A program made the translations under genes and the position numbers. Shown one piece after another: positions 1 through 13,286 of a stretch of 64,000 nucleotides of DNA. The DNA lies in contig OZ024742.1 of NCBI GenBank assembly GCA_964016885.1, positions 68,820,001 to 68,884,000 of the forward strand, written 5' to 3'. Position 1 is the first letter of the stretch. Each line of letters opens with the position of its first letter. Source of the stretch: Eledone cirrhosa (Eukaryota). Under the pieces are notes generated by a model. That model was not told the origin of the DNA, made no database searches, and worked only from the letters and a program-made list of their open reading frames with translations.

Positions 1-1716
1 CAGAATGATGCCGGTGTACTTAGTGTCACGAATGATCAGAAAAAGGAGGCCTGGAAATGTCATTATGAGAGACTGATGAATGTGGAGAAGGAATGGGAGA
101 GAGAGAAATTACACTCAGTAGATCCGACAGAGGGACCAGCTATTGAGATTGACGAATATAGGGTCCAAGAGGCGATTAAGGAAATGAAAAATGGGAAGGC
201 TGCTGGACTATTGGGGATAGTTGCTGAGATGCTGAAGGCATCAGGGGACGTAGGCACTAAACTGGTTGCACGCATCATCAATCAGGCTATATATGGTGGT
301 GTCATACCCAAAGACTGGTGCAGCAGTATTCTCATAAATTGCTACAAAGGTAAAGGAGATGCTATGGAGAGGAGCAATTATAGGGGTATAAAACTGATGG
401 ATCAGGTTATGGAAGTGGCAGAAAGGATATTAGCACAACTAATTAGAGAAAGCGTCAAACTAGATGAGATGCAGTTTGGTTTTGTGCCTGGGAAGAGTAC
501 AGCAGATGCCCTCTTCTTGGTGAGACAATTACAAGAGAGGTTCTTAGAGAAAAATAAGCCACTATACTTAGCCTTTGTTGACCTAGAGAAGGCCTTTGAT
601 AGGGTACCCCGATCTGTCATCTGGTGGTCCCTAAGGAAACTAGGTATTGAGGAATGGCTTGTGAGGACAGTGCAAACTTTGTACAGAGGTGCTGTCAGTA
701 AAGTCAGGGTAGGAATGGAGTTTAGTGAGGAATTCCAGATACAAGTAGGAGTACATCAAGGTTCAGTCCTCAGCCCGCTCTTGTTTATTATAGTCCTCCA
801 AGCCATAACAGAGGAGTTTAAGACTGGCTGTCCATGGGAACTTCTCTATGCTGACGATCTGGTTCTTATAGCAGAATGAGTAGATGAGCTAGAGAATAAA
901 TTCTGGCTATGGAAACAGCAGTTGGAAGCAAGAGGACTGAGAGTGAACCTAGCTAAGACAAAAGTGTTGAGTAGAAAAGAGGACAAAACTCTGATTCCAT
1001 CAGGGAAATGGCCATGTTCGATATGCAGAAAAGGAACTGACATAAATTCTATAAAATGCACACAATGCAGATCCTGGGTACACAAGAGATGTAGCAGGAT
1101 AGCAGGAAAACTAACAGGTAGGGAGAAATCCGTATGCAGTAGATGTACAGGGAAATTAGACAGTAGAAGTCGCATTGATAGACACATTTTTCAAATGCAG
1201 GCGGATGCTATATAAGTGGTGGATAGCTTCTGGTACTTAGGAGATCAGATTAGCATGGGAGGGGGGGGTGTTCCGAGGCCATAGTATCTAGAATAAGGAT
1301 GGGTTGGAAGAAGTTTAGGGAGCTGCTTCCTCTGCTGACGAAGAAGGGTTTCTCCCTGCGTACAAAAGGCTGGTTATATGATGCCTGTGTGAGGAGTGCG
1401 ATGCTGCATGGTAGTGAGACATGAGCAGCAACTGCAGAGGATATGCGACGGCTGGAGAGAAATGAGGCAAGCATGCTCCGTTGGATGTGCAGTGTCAATG
1501 TACGTGAACAACCCAGCATGGATGTGTTGAGAGAGAAACTGTGTCTGAGAAGTATAGAATGTAGTGTGCGAGAGAGGAGACTGAGGTGGTATGGTCATCG
1601 CTGAAGATGACGAAGGACTGTGACAAGTGGAGAGATGCTGTGCTAAATAAGACCCGTCCCAACCTTGCAAGCAGGGAAGAGTGGACGTAAAATGATGATG
1701 ATGATGATGATGATGA

Positions 1717-1720
<4 letters not shown>
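1..1720 (+). mobile_element. RTE-clade LINE, 3' part (RT, PHD-like finger, C-terminus, (TGA)n tail), disrupted
   Basis: ORF 76-879 has RT motifs (GKAAG, QFGF, FVDLEKAFDRV, GVHQGSVLSPLLF, YADD). A stop and frameshifts follow. Ends in GTGGACGTAAAA(TGA)n abutting (TA)n. Confidence 0.93.
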
Positions 1721-1758
<38 letters not shown>

Positions 1759-1805
1759 GTGTATATATATATATTTATATATATATATACATGTGTGTGT
1801 ATATA

Positions 1806-1984
1806 TTCATTGGTACAGGTTGAACAAGTTGGTCCTCAGGACTAATAAAATATATGTACCTGGTATGGTGCAGTTGTAGTAACTGGCCTTAATAACTATA
1901 TTCAAACTCACCCTATGGACTTGAGTTGCTCTATACCTTGGATATTTTTACCTACTTATTACTACACTACTATATATATATGCA

Positions 1985-2049
<65 letters not shown>

Positions 2050-4228
2050 TGGCATAGCTAGGGTGTGGCAAGCTTAACACATGCCACTGGCGCCATGTAT
2101 AGGGGGCGCAATTTCGACCTAGATCGATTTACATCCATGTCGTTTTTATCATTTTTAAAAATATAAGCCAAAAATGAAGCATGTGATTTCTTGATAGCTG
2201 ACTTCCACGCCATGTCTAGTGCACTAGACAGAGCAGATGTCTGATTTGACTTCACAAAGACGCCCCCCACCTCCCCCCACACTGACAGCAGGGTGGGTTG
2301 CAATTATGCGGGCGCTATTTTTAGCTATACATTGCAAAACACCGGATACTTCACTTGACCTCACAAAACTGCCCCCCCCCCGCCCACACACACACACACT
2401 GACTGAAGGGACGTAGTTTTGGACGTGCAACTGGTGGACACGCAGGCGCTATTTTTAGCAATGCATTGCAATGACCAATACAAGATAATTATAATTATGA
2501 AGCTGGTTTACAAAACAGAGTAGTTTGTCTTTTACAACTGGTACATAAGACGTATAGAAAAGGTATCATAATCCAAATGGCCAGATAGGATCGGATAGCT
2601 TCTATTAGGAATTCAATTTGACTCCAGTTTAGATGGTTCAATGTTTTCTTCTATAATACAGTTCGTCAGAATTTACTAAATCGTATCCAAAAAGCAAGAT
2701 ACTATGGTCTGCTGATTGATTCGACCCCTGACCAGGCGCACTGAGAACTGTCAAAAGTTGTGCGATATGTCGATGTTGATTTCAATATGAAGACGGTCGT
2801 TGTGAGGGAATCTTTCTTGGATTCATTCAAGTAATCAAAAAAGGTGCCACAAGCCTTGTTGAAACAATCGTGAAAGAGCTAGAAAAAGATGACCTACCAC
2901 TGCAGAACTGTCGATTGCAGTGCTACGACAATGATGCCATAATGGCTGGGCACTGCAGTGGGGTTCAGCAGAGAATGAGAGAGAAGAATAATTTGATTCA
3001 CTTCGTTAAATGCGATAACCATTCATTTAATCTGGCTGGTCTTATGCAGCCAAAAACGATTCTGCTATAATGAACTTTTTCAGTTGCATTGACTCGTTAT
3101 ACAACTTTTTTTCTCGTTCAACATGACGATGTGAAGCCCTTATAGAAGTTGCTCCAGTGGTTGTTAAATATCCTTCCGACATGCGGTGGAGTGCTAGATG
3201 TACTGCAGTCAGACCGGTGGCGAATTATTTGACGCTGATTGTTCAAGTTCTCGAAAAAATTAGTGATGATGAAACAGAGACATGCGAGAGTAGAAGTAAT
3301 GCCCGTAATCTCCATAATCGGATACTGAGTTATGAATTCCTGAACTTGATTGGATTCTGGAACACGATTCTCTCACGAATTGACCGGGTTCAAAAGAGAC
3401 TTCAAGATCCAAGAATGAATTTTCACGATGGTGCAGCTGATATAGGAGCCCTTCAACTTTATTTTAAAGAAGAAGGAACATCCTTAATCCATGAGTCTCT
3501 TGAAATAGGCTTCGACCTCTGCCAGAAATGGAATGTCTATTTTCCGAGGAGGCAAGGAAGACGACAAACCAATACCGAAATTACTGAGGACGTCGAGGTG
3601 CCTGCCAGAAAAGAGATAGAGAGAGCAATGCAAAGTTCACTCAATCGTCTTCAAACAGAAATGGAAAAACGGTTTATTCGACTTAAGGAAACCGACTCAA
3701 GTTTTGGCTTTCTTCTTGATGTCAACTATCTGTTTTATTTGGCTGCTCCTGATAACCTTGTCTTTAAACAAAGGTGCAACAGTCTTGCAGAACTATACAA
3801 CTCCGACATCAACAGAGAGCAATTGTATGAGGAAATCTTGGACTGCCAATCTTTTCTGGCTACTAGGACAGCTAACCCAATTTTAAAGCCAGAGGCACTT
3901 CTCCAATTCATCATACAATACAGCGATGAATGTTTTTCCCAATTTGCGAATCAGCATTCAAATAATGTTGACGATTTCTATTTCAATTGCCAGTTACGAG
4001 AGGTCGTTCAGCAAGCTAAAGCTAATACATTCGTATTTGCGAACCTCAATGGGCCAACAATGGCTGACTGACCTCGCAATTTTGATGCTTGCCCTGGGCG
4101 CCGTTTACCCTAGCTACGCCACTGTATATATATATATATATATAAATGTATATATATATATATATATATATAAGTATATACGTGTGTGTGTGTGTGTATA
4201 TATATATACACACACACACATATATACT

Positions 4229-4262
<34 letters not shown>

Positions 4263-4494
4263 TGTATATATTCTACATATATAATTATATATACACACAC
4301 ATATATATGCATATATGCATATATATATAGTAGTGTAGTAATAAGTAGGTAAAAATATCCAAGGTATAGAGCAACTCAAGTCCATAGGGTGAGTTTGAAT
4401 ATAGTTATTAAGGCCAGTTACTACAACTGCACCATACCAGGTACATATATTTTATTAGTCCTGAGGACCAACTTGTTCAACCTGTACCAATGAA
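1806..4494. repeat. 167-bp inverted repeat pair (1806-1972 / 4328-4494) enclosing (TA)n tracts and a hAT element
   Basis: The arms read as exact reverse complements. A related, diverged copy lies at about 43836-43980. Confidence 0.9.
2047..4124 (+). mobile_element. hAT DNA transposon (Tip100/ZMYM-like transposase), frameshifted and internally deleted
   Basis: TIRs CAGTGGCATAGCTAGGGT and ACCCTAGCTACGCCACTG (17/18 match), inserted in (TA)n. Fragments show QCYDN, CDNHSFNL, RWSAR and the hAT dimerisation motif ERSFSKLKLIHSYLRTSMGQ. Confidence 0.92.
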
Positions 4495-4603
4495 AGTTTT
4501 CTGGTCCATATTCATCAGGTTAAACAAGTCGGTCCTGAAGGCTTACAAAATGTTTGTACCTAGTACGGTACGCCATCATAGTAACAGGCCTTAATAATTA
4601 TAT

Positions 4604-4905
4604 ATCATCATCATCATCATCATCATCATCATCGTTTAACGTCCATCTTCCACGCTTGCATGGGTTTGGACGGGAGTTTTCCCACTTGAGGCAAGATTGG
4701 TTGTCCTGCTCGTATAGGACTGTCTGGCGGGTTTTCTACGGCTGGATGCCCTTCCTAACACCAACCACGTTTACAGTGTGTACTGGGAGGTTTTTACCAT
4801 GTTACCTACACGGCCACATTACAGCGTGGACTGTGTGTATTTTTTGTCGTGACACCTACACGACCTCATTTGTTTCGGACTGGATGTTGTGGTACCAACA
4901 TAACA
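4604..4905 (-). mobile_element. RTE 3'UTR fragment or RTE-tail SINE with (TGA)n tail
   Basis: Highly similar to the 3'UTRs of the RTE copies at 8668-8965 and 31490-31730. Confidence 0.8.
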
Positions 4906-4924
4906 TATATATATATAAAATATA

Positions 4925-5255
4925 AAGTGGTCATGTAGGAGTCATGACAAAAAGCACGCAGCCCATACTGTAATGTGATTGTGTAGGTGTCGCAACAAAA
5001 AGCACCCAGTCTACACTACTGTAGTCGTGTAAGTGTCACAACAAGAAACACCCAGCCCACATCATAAAGTGGTTGGGTAGGTGTCACAACAAAAAACACC
5101 AGCCCAAATTGTAAAGTGATGATGTAGAAGTTACGACAAAAATCACCTAGCACACAGTAAATGTGGTTGATGTTAGTAAGGGCTTCCAGCTGTAGAAATC
5201 TAACCACAAACAGTTCTAATGTGGAAAGTGGACGTTAAATGATGATGATGATGAG
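4925..5255 (+). repeat. About five diverged ~48-bp tandem units ending in an RTE-type tail
   Basis: Repeated GTCACAACAAAAAGCACCCAGCCCACACTGTAAAGTG-like unit, then GTGGACGTTAAATGATGATG. Confidence 0.7.
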
Positions 5256-5640
5256 CCTTTGAGTTGTTTGAGCTTCAGTTTCTTAATGCCACCTTTGGGG
5301 TGCTCTATTTCTCTCCATTTGTTATCTTAATGGTTTTTGTACATTTGATTCCTTTTGATGAATAGTTGATTCCATTGTCCTATCTTCAGCAATCCTATTT
5401 GATCTTTGTTTCTCTGATTCATGCTATTTATTCTGTGCATTTCTTATTCTTTGTTGTTGCAGACTTGATGAGCTTTGTGCATATGGTTCATCCTGTCTGT
5501 TTTGTGCTAAAGTTTTGTACATATAATTCCTCTTGACCAATAGTTGCTTTCCTTGACTTCGATTATTAGCAAGCCTTTTTGATCTTTGTTCTTCTGGTTC
5601 ATTTTGCCTATATTTTGCTGCTGTTTTTTTTTTTACTTTT
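5255..5640 (-). mobile_element. Degenerate Helitron N-terminal (STPR-like) repeat fragment
   Basis: Minus-strand translation gives RQNEPEEQRSKRLANNR, RQDEPYAQSSSSLQQQR and HESEKQRSNRIAEDR, with stops. Confidence 0.5.
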
Positions 5641-6206
5641 TAAAACTTTTAAAACTTTCAAATGAAGGTCTATTCTTCAGTAGCATATTATGCTTTCAAT
5701 GTCACTATTATTTATCTCAAATTTTTTTATTTTTCTGTTAATGATGGATCTAGGTCGAGTCAAATTTTGTTGAGTGAGGACTCACTGCATTAACTTTCAG
5801 TTATTTTTCAGAAACAACAACCCAAAACTAATGGAAATGAATATGCCAAAAATATTACAGATATTACATGTGTTATTTTTAGTAGTGTTTACAAAAATTA
5901 AATAAATAATCCAAAATTTAATGAGAGGCTGATACACACTCATATAGACACGGAGCTATATAAAATGCTGTGGCATATATACACACACACAAAAAAGATT
6001 TGAAGAAGACAGTGGTAAGAAACACTCAGGAGAGCTGGACAGCAGAAAACCTTCAGAGAATAAACTCTCATCTCACGCAAGTGTTTTGTCCCTTAACTTC
6101 TAACATTCAAAGGGGGCCAAGCTGCATCCAAGTCAGTTGAGCCGCATGAAGATTTTGTTGACAGGATCTAGCTGGAACTCTGCTTCGTGGCTTTTGCTTT
6201 CTAACC

Positions 6207-6927
6207 TTTTTTTTTTTTTAAAGTATTAAATAGGTTTATTTACAATAGTTTATAACTTTGCCTATTAATCCATATGGTGAGCAAATGAGGTCCCACGTGC
6301 TGGTCTCCCCACAGCCATGGTAAGGGAGATGTGCTGGAAGAGCCATTCCAACTCGCGAGGCTCACACCTGCAGCTAGCCAGCTCAGCACCTATGGTGGTG
6401 AATAGGGTGGTAGCCCTAGGGCCAAGGACACCAGAAGTCTGCACTGCCAAGGGCACGACCGCGAACCTGTCGGAGAGCGACCGGTACTTGGAGAGTTTGG
6501 CCTCAGCCCGATGTGCAGCAGTACCTGGTTTAGTCGCAGACTGCACCAGGTTGCGGCTAGAGAAAGTGTCGCTGCAAGTGGCATCCCAGACGAGGGGTTT
6601 GCCACTGCAGAATGGGAAGATGGTCATACCATCTGGCCTTTTGCCATCCCCTCGGTCCAGCCCCAGCACCTTGAGTTAGGAGGGGAAGCCTGCAGTGTCC
6701 AAGCCATACTTAATGACCTCGTTGAGGGCAGCATGGCATGGAAGGCAGCCGGCATTGTGGTGACAGGAAAGCGAGTGGAGACTGAGAGAGCCCACAGTGG
6801 ATCAACAGCGACATTTATGTGGCTCGCAGATCCGGAGTCCAAGCCTTAAGGAAACCCCGATGCGCAGGCTATCGTTATCCAGATGCATGCCAATGGAGAA
6901 GGAGGGCAAGGCATGGAGCCAGGCACA
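6207..6927 (-). mobile_element. 5'-truncated CRE-clade non-LTR retrotransposon (Cys/His region, restriction-like endonuclease, poly(A))
   Basis: GLDRGDGKRPDGMT..LVWDAT..KLSKY..VPLAVQTSGVLG is typical of CRE RLE domains. AATAAA and an A13 tail lie on the minus strand. Confidence 0.82.
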
Positions 6928-6968
6928 ATTATATTCACACACACTCATATATATATATATATATATTA

Positions 6969-8172
6969 CAGGGAAAAATGCGGGCGCATGTAAAGAAATA
7001 TTCTTAAATTAATAAACCTAGAAAAGTAAAGGACAAGTTATTACACCTGGAAAAGTAAAGGATAAGAAAACTTCTTCTTAAAACTTCTTAAAATATTGCA
7101 GCTATAATATAAATTTGAATAATAAAAAATATTTGATTTAAATATACATAGAAAGTGATAAATTCTAATAATACAGTTGACTCTCTAATTGATAATAATA
7201 CTAATTTATGATCATTTATTTAATTTTGTGATCCTAATTTACACCATAGTGGTTGGGTCATTAAATAAATATACTTTATTTTACTTTACTAAATGGGACT
7301 GAAAAAATGAGTGACAATTATAAACATCAAATAAAACAAAATTTTGGCGTGTAAATGACACTAACAATTAATTAATAATTAATTAGGGAGCCAACTGTAA
7401 TGATAAATAATAACAAATTATAATTGTTTAATAATGAAATTTAAGACCTGTCAGAGATCAAAATAACCAATCTACATTTTTAGGTAGAGTAAAATTAGAC
7501 TACAATTAAAAATTAAACATTGTCTAATTCAACAGTTCATCTAATGAATTATGAATTCACTATAATTGATTGATTCACTATAAATGAATAATTGATGAAT
7601 TGACTTTTACCTAATTTTGCCCCTTGAGATATTGAATTTTATTATATTATAAAAAAAATCTGTAATACTCATAAAAAGTGCAATTATATGATGCACTGTT
7701 TTTGATTTATTTTACTGCATTATTTTATAACTAAATTTTTAAAAATATAATTTGATTAAGAGTGAAAATTTTTAAATATCTTATAACATAAATTAATAAA
7801 TTGTACCTATTAATTATTATTATTATTAATTAATTATTGTACAAATTATTGTACAAATTTTATTTTAAAAAGATTAATTTGTATACACCAAGAAAAAAAT
7901 TAAGTATACAGTAGTCAACTCTCCCTATAAGACAGTCATTTTTCCAGTCCTTTAAAGTGATATTTTTTTAACAATTAACTTATAATTATTTATTTTTAGT
8001 TTTATAATCTAAATATTTTTTTTCAAATTTAGACTTTAGCTGCAATATTTTAAGAAGTTTTAAGAAGAAGTTTTCTTGTCCTTTACTTTTCCAGGTGTAA
8101 TAACTTGTCCTTTACTTTTCTAGGTTTATTAATTTAAGAATATTTCTTTACATGCGCCCGCATTTTTCCCTC
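6969..8172. mobile_element. Non-autonomous TIR element (~135-bp TIRs, TA flanks) with a nested ~225-bp MITE at about 7174-7397
   Basis: 6969-7104 is the near-exact reverse complement of 8037-8172. Inner TIRs are CAGTTGACTCTCTAATT and AATTAGGGAGCCAACTG. Confidence 0.85.
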
Positions 8173-8289
8173 TAATCCACTTTTTTTCCAGGCAATGCAA
8201 GGATATATTATATTAATATTAATAAAAATATTTATCAACAAATAAGTTAAATAATAATAATGAATAGGAAGAAGTGCAGATAGGAAAAG

Positions 8290-8362
8290 TAATCAGGGTG
8301 GGAATCGAACCCACGACCTTCGGATTGCCGGTCCGCTGCTCTACCGACTGAGCTACCTGACC
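8290..8362 (-). tRNA. tRNA-like gene or pseudogene, anticodon GGC (Ala), atypical
   Basis: Cloverleaf: GGTCAGG TA GCTC AGTCGGTA GAGC A GCGGA CCGGCAA TCCGA AGGTC GTGGG TTCGATT CCCAC CCTGATT A. A and B boxes intact; TTTT follows. Confidence 0.7.
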
Positions 8363-8667
8363 ACAATTCACTATTGCACAATCTATCACTATTTTAATGT
8401 ATTAGAAATTAGAAACAAACTAAGCGTTACTTATATATGTAGTTCCTTACACTCTTTTGGTCCTCACTTATTTTTATGTAACTTTTTTTCTACTGAACCA
8501 AATTTCAATATTTTTATGTCAAAAAGTAGCTTATCTGTGGTCCTATAAAGTGCAAAAAACCGCATCCAATTCTATCAAAAATTGAATTAGTGACAAAGGT
8601 TTGAAGGTGTCGCGAGTGACCGAAATGGGACCTTAAGAATATTATACACCTACTACTGTAGGTGTAT

Positions 8668-9859
8668 GATCATCATCATCATCATCATCAACGTTTAACG
8701 TCCATGTTCCACGCTTGCATGGGTTTGGACGGGGGTAGTCCCACTTGAGGCAAGAGTGATTGTCTTGCTCGCATAGGACTGTCTGGCAGGTTTTCTACAG
8801 TTGGATGCCCTTCCTAACACCAACCACATTTACAGTGTGGGTCTGGGAGGTTTTTACCGTGTTGCCTACACGGCCACATTACAGCGTGGACTGTGTGTTT
8901 TTTTGTCGTGACACCTACACGATCTCATTTATTTCAGCCTTGATGGCGCGGCACCAACATAACTTTACATAGAACGGGGTGGTGTGGATGGGGTGGGGGT
9001 GGTGGTGGTGGGACGGGGTGTATTTTGTTAGAGATGCCTACTGGCTGGAGTAGGTTTTACTATATATTTAGGTAAGGCGGGTCTTCTCTATTACTGAGTA
9101 CCGCCAAAGGTTTCGGTCCAGTGACATTGTCTTGGAGAGGTGTAAGTGTGTGATGTCGGAGTTTATCAGCTCGTCCCAGGTTTTTCTAGCTCTGCCTATT
9201 CCGTGACTACCATCTATCTTTATTGCCCTGCACTTTGTTATACAGCTATCGACTTTCATGCGCATCACGTGTCCATACCAACGTAGCCTTCTCTCGAGTA
9301 AACAACATCTGATCCCTCTTATCTCTAATTTTTTCCTTAGTTCGTTTATGCTTTGCCGTTCACGTATATTACTGTTACACATCCAGCGGAGCATGCAAGC
9401 TTCGTTCCTCTCTAGTCTGCGTATATCCTCTGCACACAATGCCCAGGTCTCACTGCCATGCAGCATTGCTGTTCGTATGCAGGCATCGTACAACCTGCCT
9501 TTCATTTTTAGGGAGAACCCTTTAGCAGCTAATAGTGGTATAAGCTCTCTGAACTTTTTCCAACCAGTTCTGACTCTAGCTACAGTACTTTCAGAGCACC
9601 CTCCCCCACTGCTGATTTTATCGCCCAGGTAACGGAAGCTGTCCACTATTTCTATAGAACCCTCTGCGCAATTGAAAGAGCTAATATTTTGTGGGCACTT
9701 GCTGCTACTTATTGCACCAGAGCACCAGCCACATGTAAAATCTATGTTCTTAGTTAGCTTACCTGTGATCCCACTACATCTTTTATGCACCCATACTTTG
9801 CATTTAGGACATAAAATGGAGTTTCTACCTACGCCTTTCCTACACACCGAGCACGACCA

Positions 9860-9860
<1 letters not shown>
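8668..9860 (-). mobile_element. 5'-truncated RTE LINE (PHD-like finger, C-terminus, 3'UTR, (TGA)n tail)
   Basis: The real part of ORF 9068-10171 ([29 protein letters not shown]). Near-identical to 31829-32620. Confidence 0.92.
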
Positions 9861-9940
<80 letters not shown>

Positions 9941-10045
9941 CGTACATACATATATACATATATATATGTATTTATATATATATATACATACATACATATG
10001 TATATATATACATATATATGTATGTATATATATACATATATATAC

Positions 10046-10096
<51 letters not shown>

Positions 10097-10157
10097 CATG
10101 TATATATATACATGTATATATACATATATATACATGTACATATATACATATATATAC

Positions 10158-10189
<32 letters not shown>

Positions 10190-10199
10190 TAACTAAGGG

Positions 10200-10287
10200 A
10201 GTCTCTTGAAAAGCTTGAAGCCTCATGGATAATACTATGATTAGACATATCCACAAAGTATGAGCAAAAGTATCGATAGTCGGGACT
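10200..10287 (+). ncRNA. Degenerate type I hammerhead ribozyme
   Basis: AGTCTC-TTGAAAA-GCTT..GAGC-AAAA-GTATCGATAG-TC-GGGACT. Stem I pairs and helix III is near-palindromic, but the core is mutated. Confidence 0.5.
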
Positions 10288-10795
10288 AGAAGAATTTTTG
10301 GTAATATTTATCTATATTTTTGTCTTCAAACTTACATTTTAGACTTAGCTCCGTTTAATTGATTATTTGTCAAGTTAATTTCTACGGACTAAGAGGAAAA
10401 ACTAGGTAAATTTTATCTGACTGTTACTCACAGAAGAAAGTCTGTAATATTTATCTGTTATTTCTTCAAAGTTACATTTTAAACTTAGCTCAGTTTAAAT
10501 GATTATTTATCTGGTTGATTTCTACGGACTAAGGAGGAAAAGAATTGGATAAATTTTGTCTGACTGTTCTTCAAACTTATAATTTTATATATGTATATAT
10601 ATGTATATATATGTATGTCTTCCTCACTTTTCGTTGCATTACCATCTTTGTTTGCTTACTGTCTCGCTCGTTCCCCCGATTTACGTGTCCCAATGACTTT
10701 CTTTAGCTGTTGCTCGCACCAACCAGAGGTATATGGTCTTTAAAGCAATGAAATACCAATGAAGGTTGGAAGATCACTGATGAAGGACTAAATTA

Positions 10796-10862
<67 letters not shown>

Positions 10863-11531
10863 CACATAGATTCATATGTATGTCCTTGACACAACTGAAA
10901 AGTCTTCACAGCCCTTCCATGTTGAGGAAGATAGATGTAATGATGGTGTGAATACCTAATAGTGGCAGAGGCATGGATGGTGTGGTAAATAGCATGGGAT
11001 GAGGAAAGAGGGAGGGCCTTCACCAGTGTGCTGGCATTTGGGAGAGGAGGCAGTATAGTAATAGAGAGAATAGCTAAGGATTGGTAATGGAAATGACATG
11101 GGGGAGGTGGGGTGCACAGGGGTGGAGAAAGTAGCTACTAGGATGTGATAGTAAAGATATCTAAGGACTTTAGACGAGGGAGTAGCTAAGAGGTTATATT
11201 GGTGGGAGAATAGATAAGGTAGGGTAGAGGTGTGCAGTGATGGTGAGGATAGCTCCTAGGAAGTGGGGAACATGGGGATGAGTCAGGTCACATTTTATGC
11301 TGGTGGCTGAGTTTTTGTCAGCACAGCATAGCACCAGCTCTTGTAGTTCTTTGTCATCCCTGTTGTGAAGTTTAGCATCTTAAGGTCATTCCACTATCTT
11401 GTTCCAAATCTTCCTGGATTTGCTTCTTTCACACAGGTCCCACCCACTGGAATTTCTGGGCTACATTTCCTTATACAGCTGCCATAGCATTCTATAGAGG
11501 AATAGGAAAAGACTACAATTAAATAAGGTGT

Positions 11532-11915
11532 GAAATAAAGTGTCTTGCTCAAGGAAACAACACATCACCCGGTCCGAGAGTTCAATTCTCGGACCGGGTG
11601 ATGTGTTGTTTCCTTGAGTAAGACCCTTTATTTCCCATTTCTCCAGTTTACTCAGCTGTAGAAATGAGATGATAGGGACTGGGGTTCCTATCATTCCACT
11701 GCAAAGTGGTCGTGAGGTGCCACGGCAAAAAAGCACCCAACACTCACTGTAAATGAGGTTGGTGTTAGGAAAGGCATCCAGCTGTAGAAATCAAGCCAGA
11801 ATCAGTTCCCGTATGAGCAAGACAAGGTCAGCTGAATGGACACTGCCTACAACAGGACAACCCGTCTAACCCATGCTAGCGTGGAAGAACGGGCGTAAAA
11901 CGGTTATGATGATGG
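11532..11915 (+). mobile_element. tRNA/CORE-type SINE with RTE-like tail and a 5' fold-back duplication
   Basis: Same family as 40718-41043. 11532-11579 is an inverted copy of 11587-11634. Confidence 0.8.
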
Positions 11916-12045
11916 TGATTATAGTAACTAGAGAGATACATAACTTATTTTAAAGGGAAATGATTTCTACATGACTAGCATTTTTTCATTGGCATAAAAT
12001 ATTGCTAGTCTTGTAGAAGTCATTTCCATCTGAAATAACTTACTT

Positions 12046-12086
<41 letters not shown>

Positions 12087-12229
12087 CCTGCTTTGTTATG
12101 TCCCAATGTGCATTGGAATGAATGGTATTGACCTTAATGTATAGTAATTTCCAGAGGTTGACTTAGGAGATGGGACTGTTCGTCTTTCTGTTGCTTTTTC
12201 CATTGTCTTTGTCCTGTGCGGTCCCTATT

Positions 12230-12300
<71 letters not shown>

Positions 12301-12458
12301 TAAACGGAATAGAAAATGCTGACAAATTGTTCACAGTTGAAAAATGGTTTAATTAGGAATAAAAGAGTAGACTATCTTTACAATTTCGAAACTAAGGAAA
12401 ACTTCTATAGACTTGGCTGATTAAAACTTTTTTAAACAATGCAAAGGGAGTAGAATCA

Positions 12459-12505
<47 letters not shown>

Positions 12506-12672
12506 CTACACACACACACATACATACATAAATGACATAAGGGGAACTGAATTAGATCTATATAACCACTATTATACCTCTGAAAAAATACCTAATATAG
12601 TAAATTACTGAAACTTCCGTATTCAACCGTTCTATAATTAGGTCGAGTTATCTGTCCTTAACATTCAAAAGT

Positions 12673-13248
12673 GGAATAGGCTACTTTGCCGGTCCCGGTA
12701 AATATAAATAGTGTCAGTGTTAGGGTTTAAATTGTCTTAATAATTGGTCGTGAAAACAAATAAATTTCTGTGTCAAATCTGTATTTTTAATTTTAACATT
12801 ACCTATCTTCATAATAATTGTTTCTACTTTTGGCACAAGGCCATCAATTATTCCAGTACATTACTGGTACTTTATTTTATCGACCACGTAAGGATGAAAG
12901 GCAAAGTTAACCTCGGCGGGATTTGAACTCAGTTCTTAAAGGGACGTAACTATGCTGGAAAGCATGGCGTCCGACCCTCTACCGATACTGCCAATCCAAT
13001 AATGAGTTCTGATTTAGGCTCAAGGCCAGCAATTTTGGGAGAGGCGATGTTGATTAAATCGACCCCAGTGCATTACTAGTGCTTCATTTTATTGACTCCG
13101 TAAGGATGAAAGGCAAAGCTAACTTCGGCGGAATTTAAACTCAGATCATAAAGGGTCGCAACTCTATGTTGCAAAGCATTGGGTCTGACACCCTTACCGG
13201 CAAAATAGCCTGGGGTTTATTTACCGGGACCGGCAAATAGCCTCTTCC
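12673..13248. mobile_element. MITE carrying two nested minus-strand SINEs (about 12815-12998 and 13005-13195)
   Basis: TIRs GGCTACTTTGCCGGTCCCGGTAAATA and TATTTACCGGGACCGGCAAATAGCC. The SINEs match the copies at 28582, 36660 and 57714. Confidence 0.72.
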
Positions 13249-13286
13249 TTGCTTTATAATATTCAGCGTTTATTGTCATATAAGAA

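Noticed and set aside
4405-4596. CTGAGGA and CTGATGA inside a palindrome as a hammerhead
   Set aside because: No correctly placed GAAA and UH site relative to the stems.
4925-5255. Regularly spaced repeats resembling a CRISPR array (also 58346-59637)
   Set aside because: Whole units are homologous, there are no unique spacers or cas genes, and the context is eukaryotic.
9860-10190. Long YI/IY/CV-rich ORFs here and at 4046-4385, 52036-53267 and 56699-57410
   Set aside because: These are translations of (TA)n, (CA)n and (TACA)n microsatellites.
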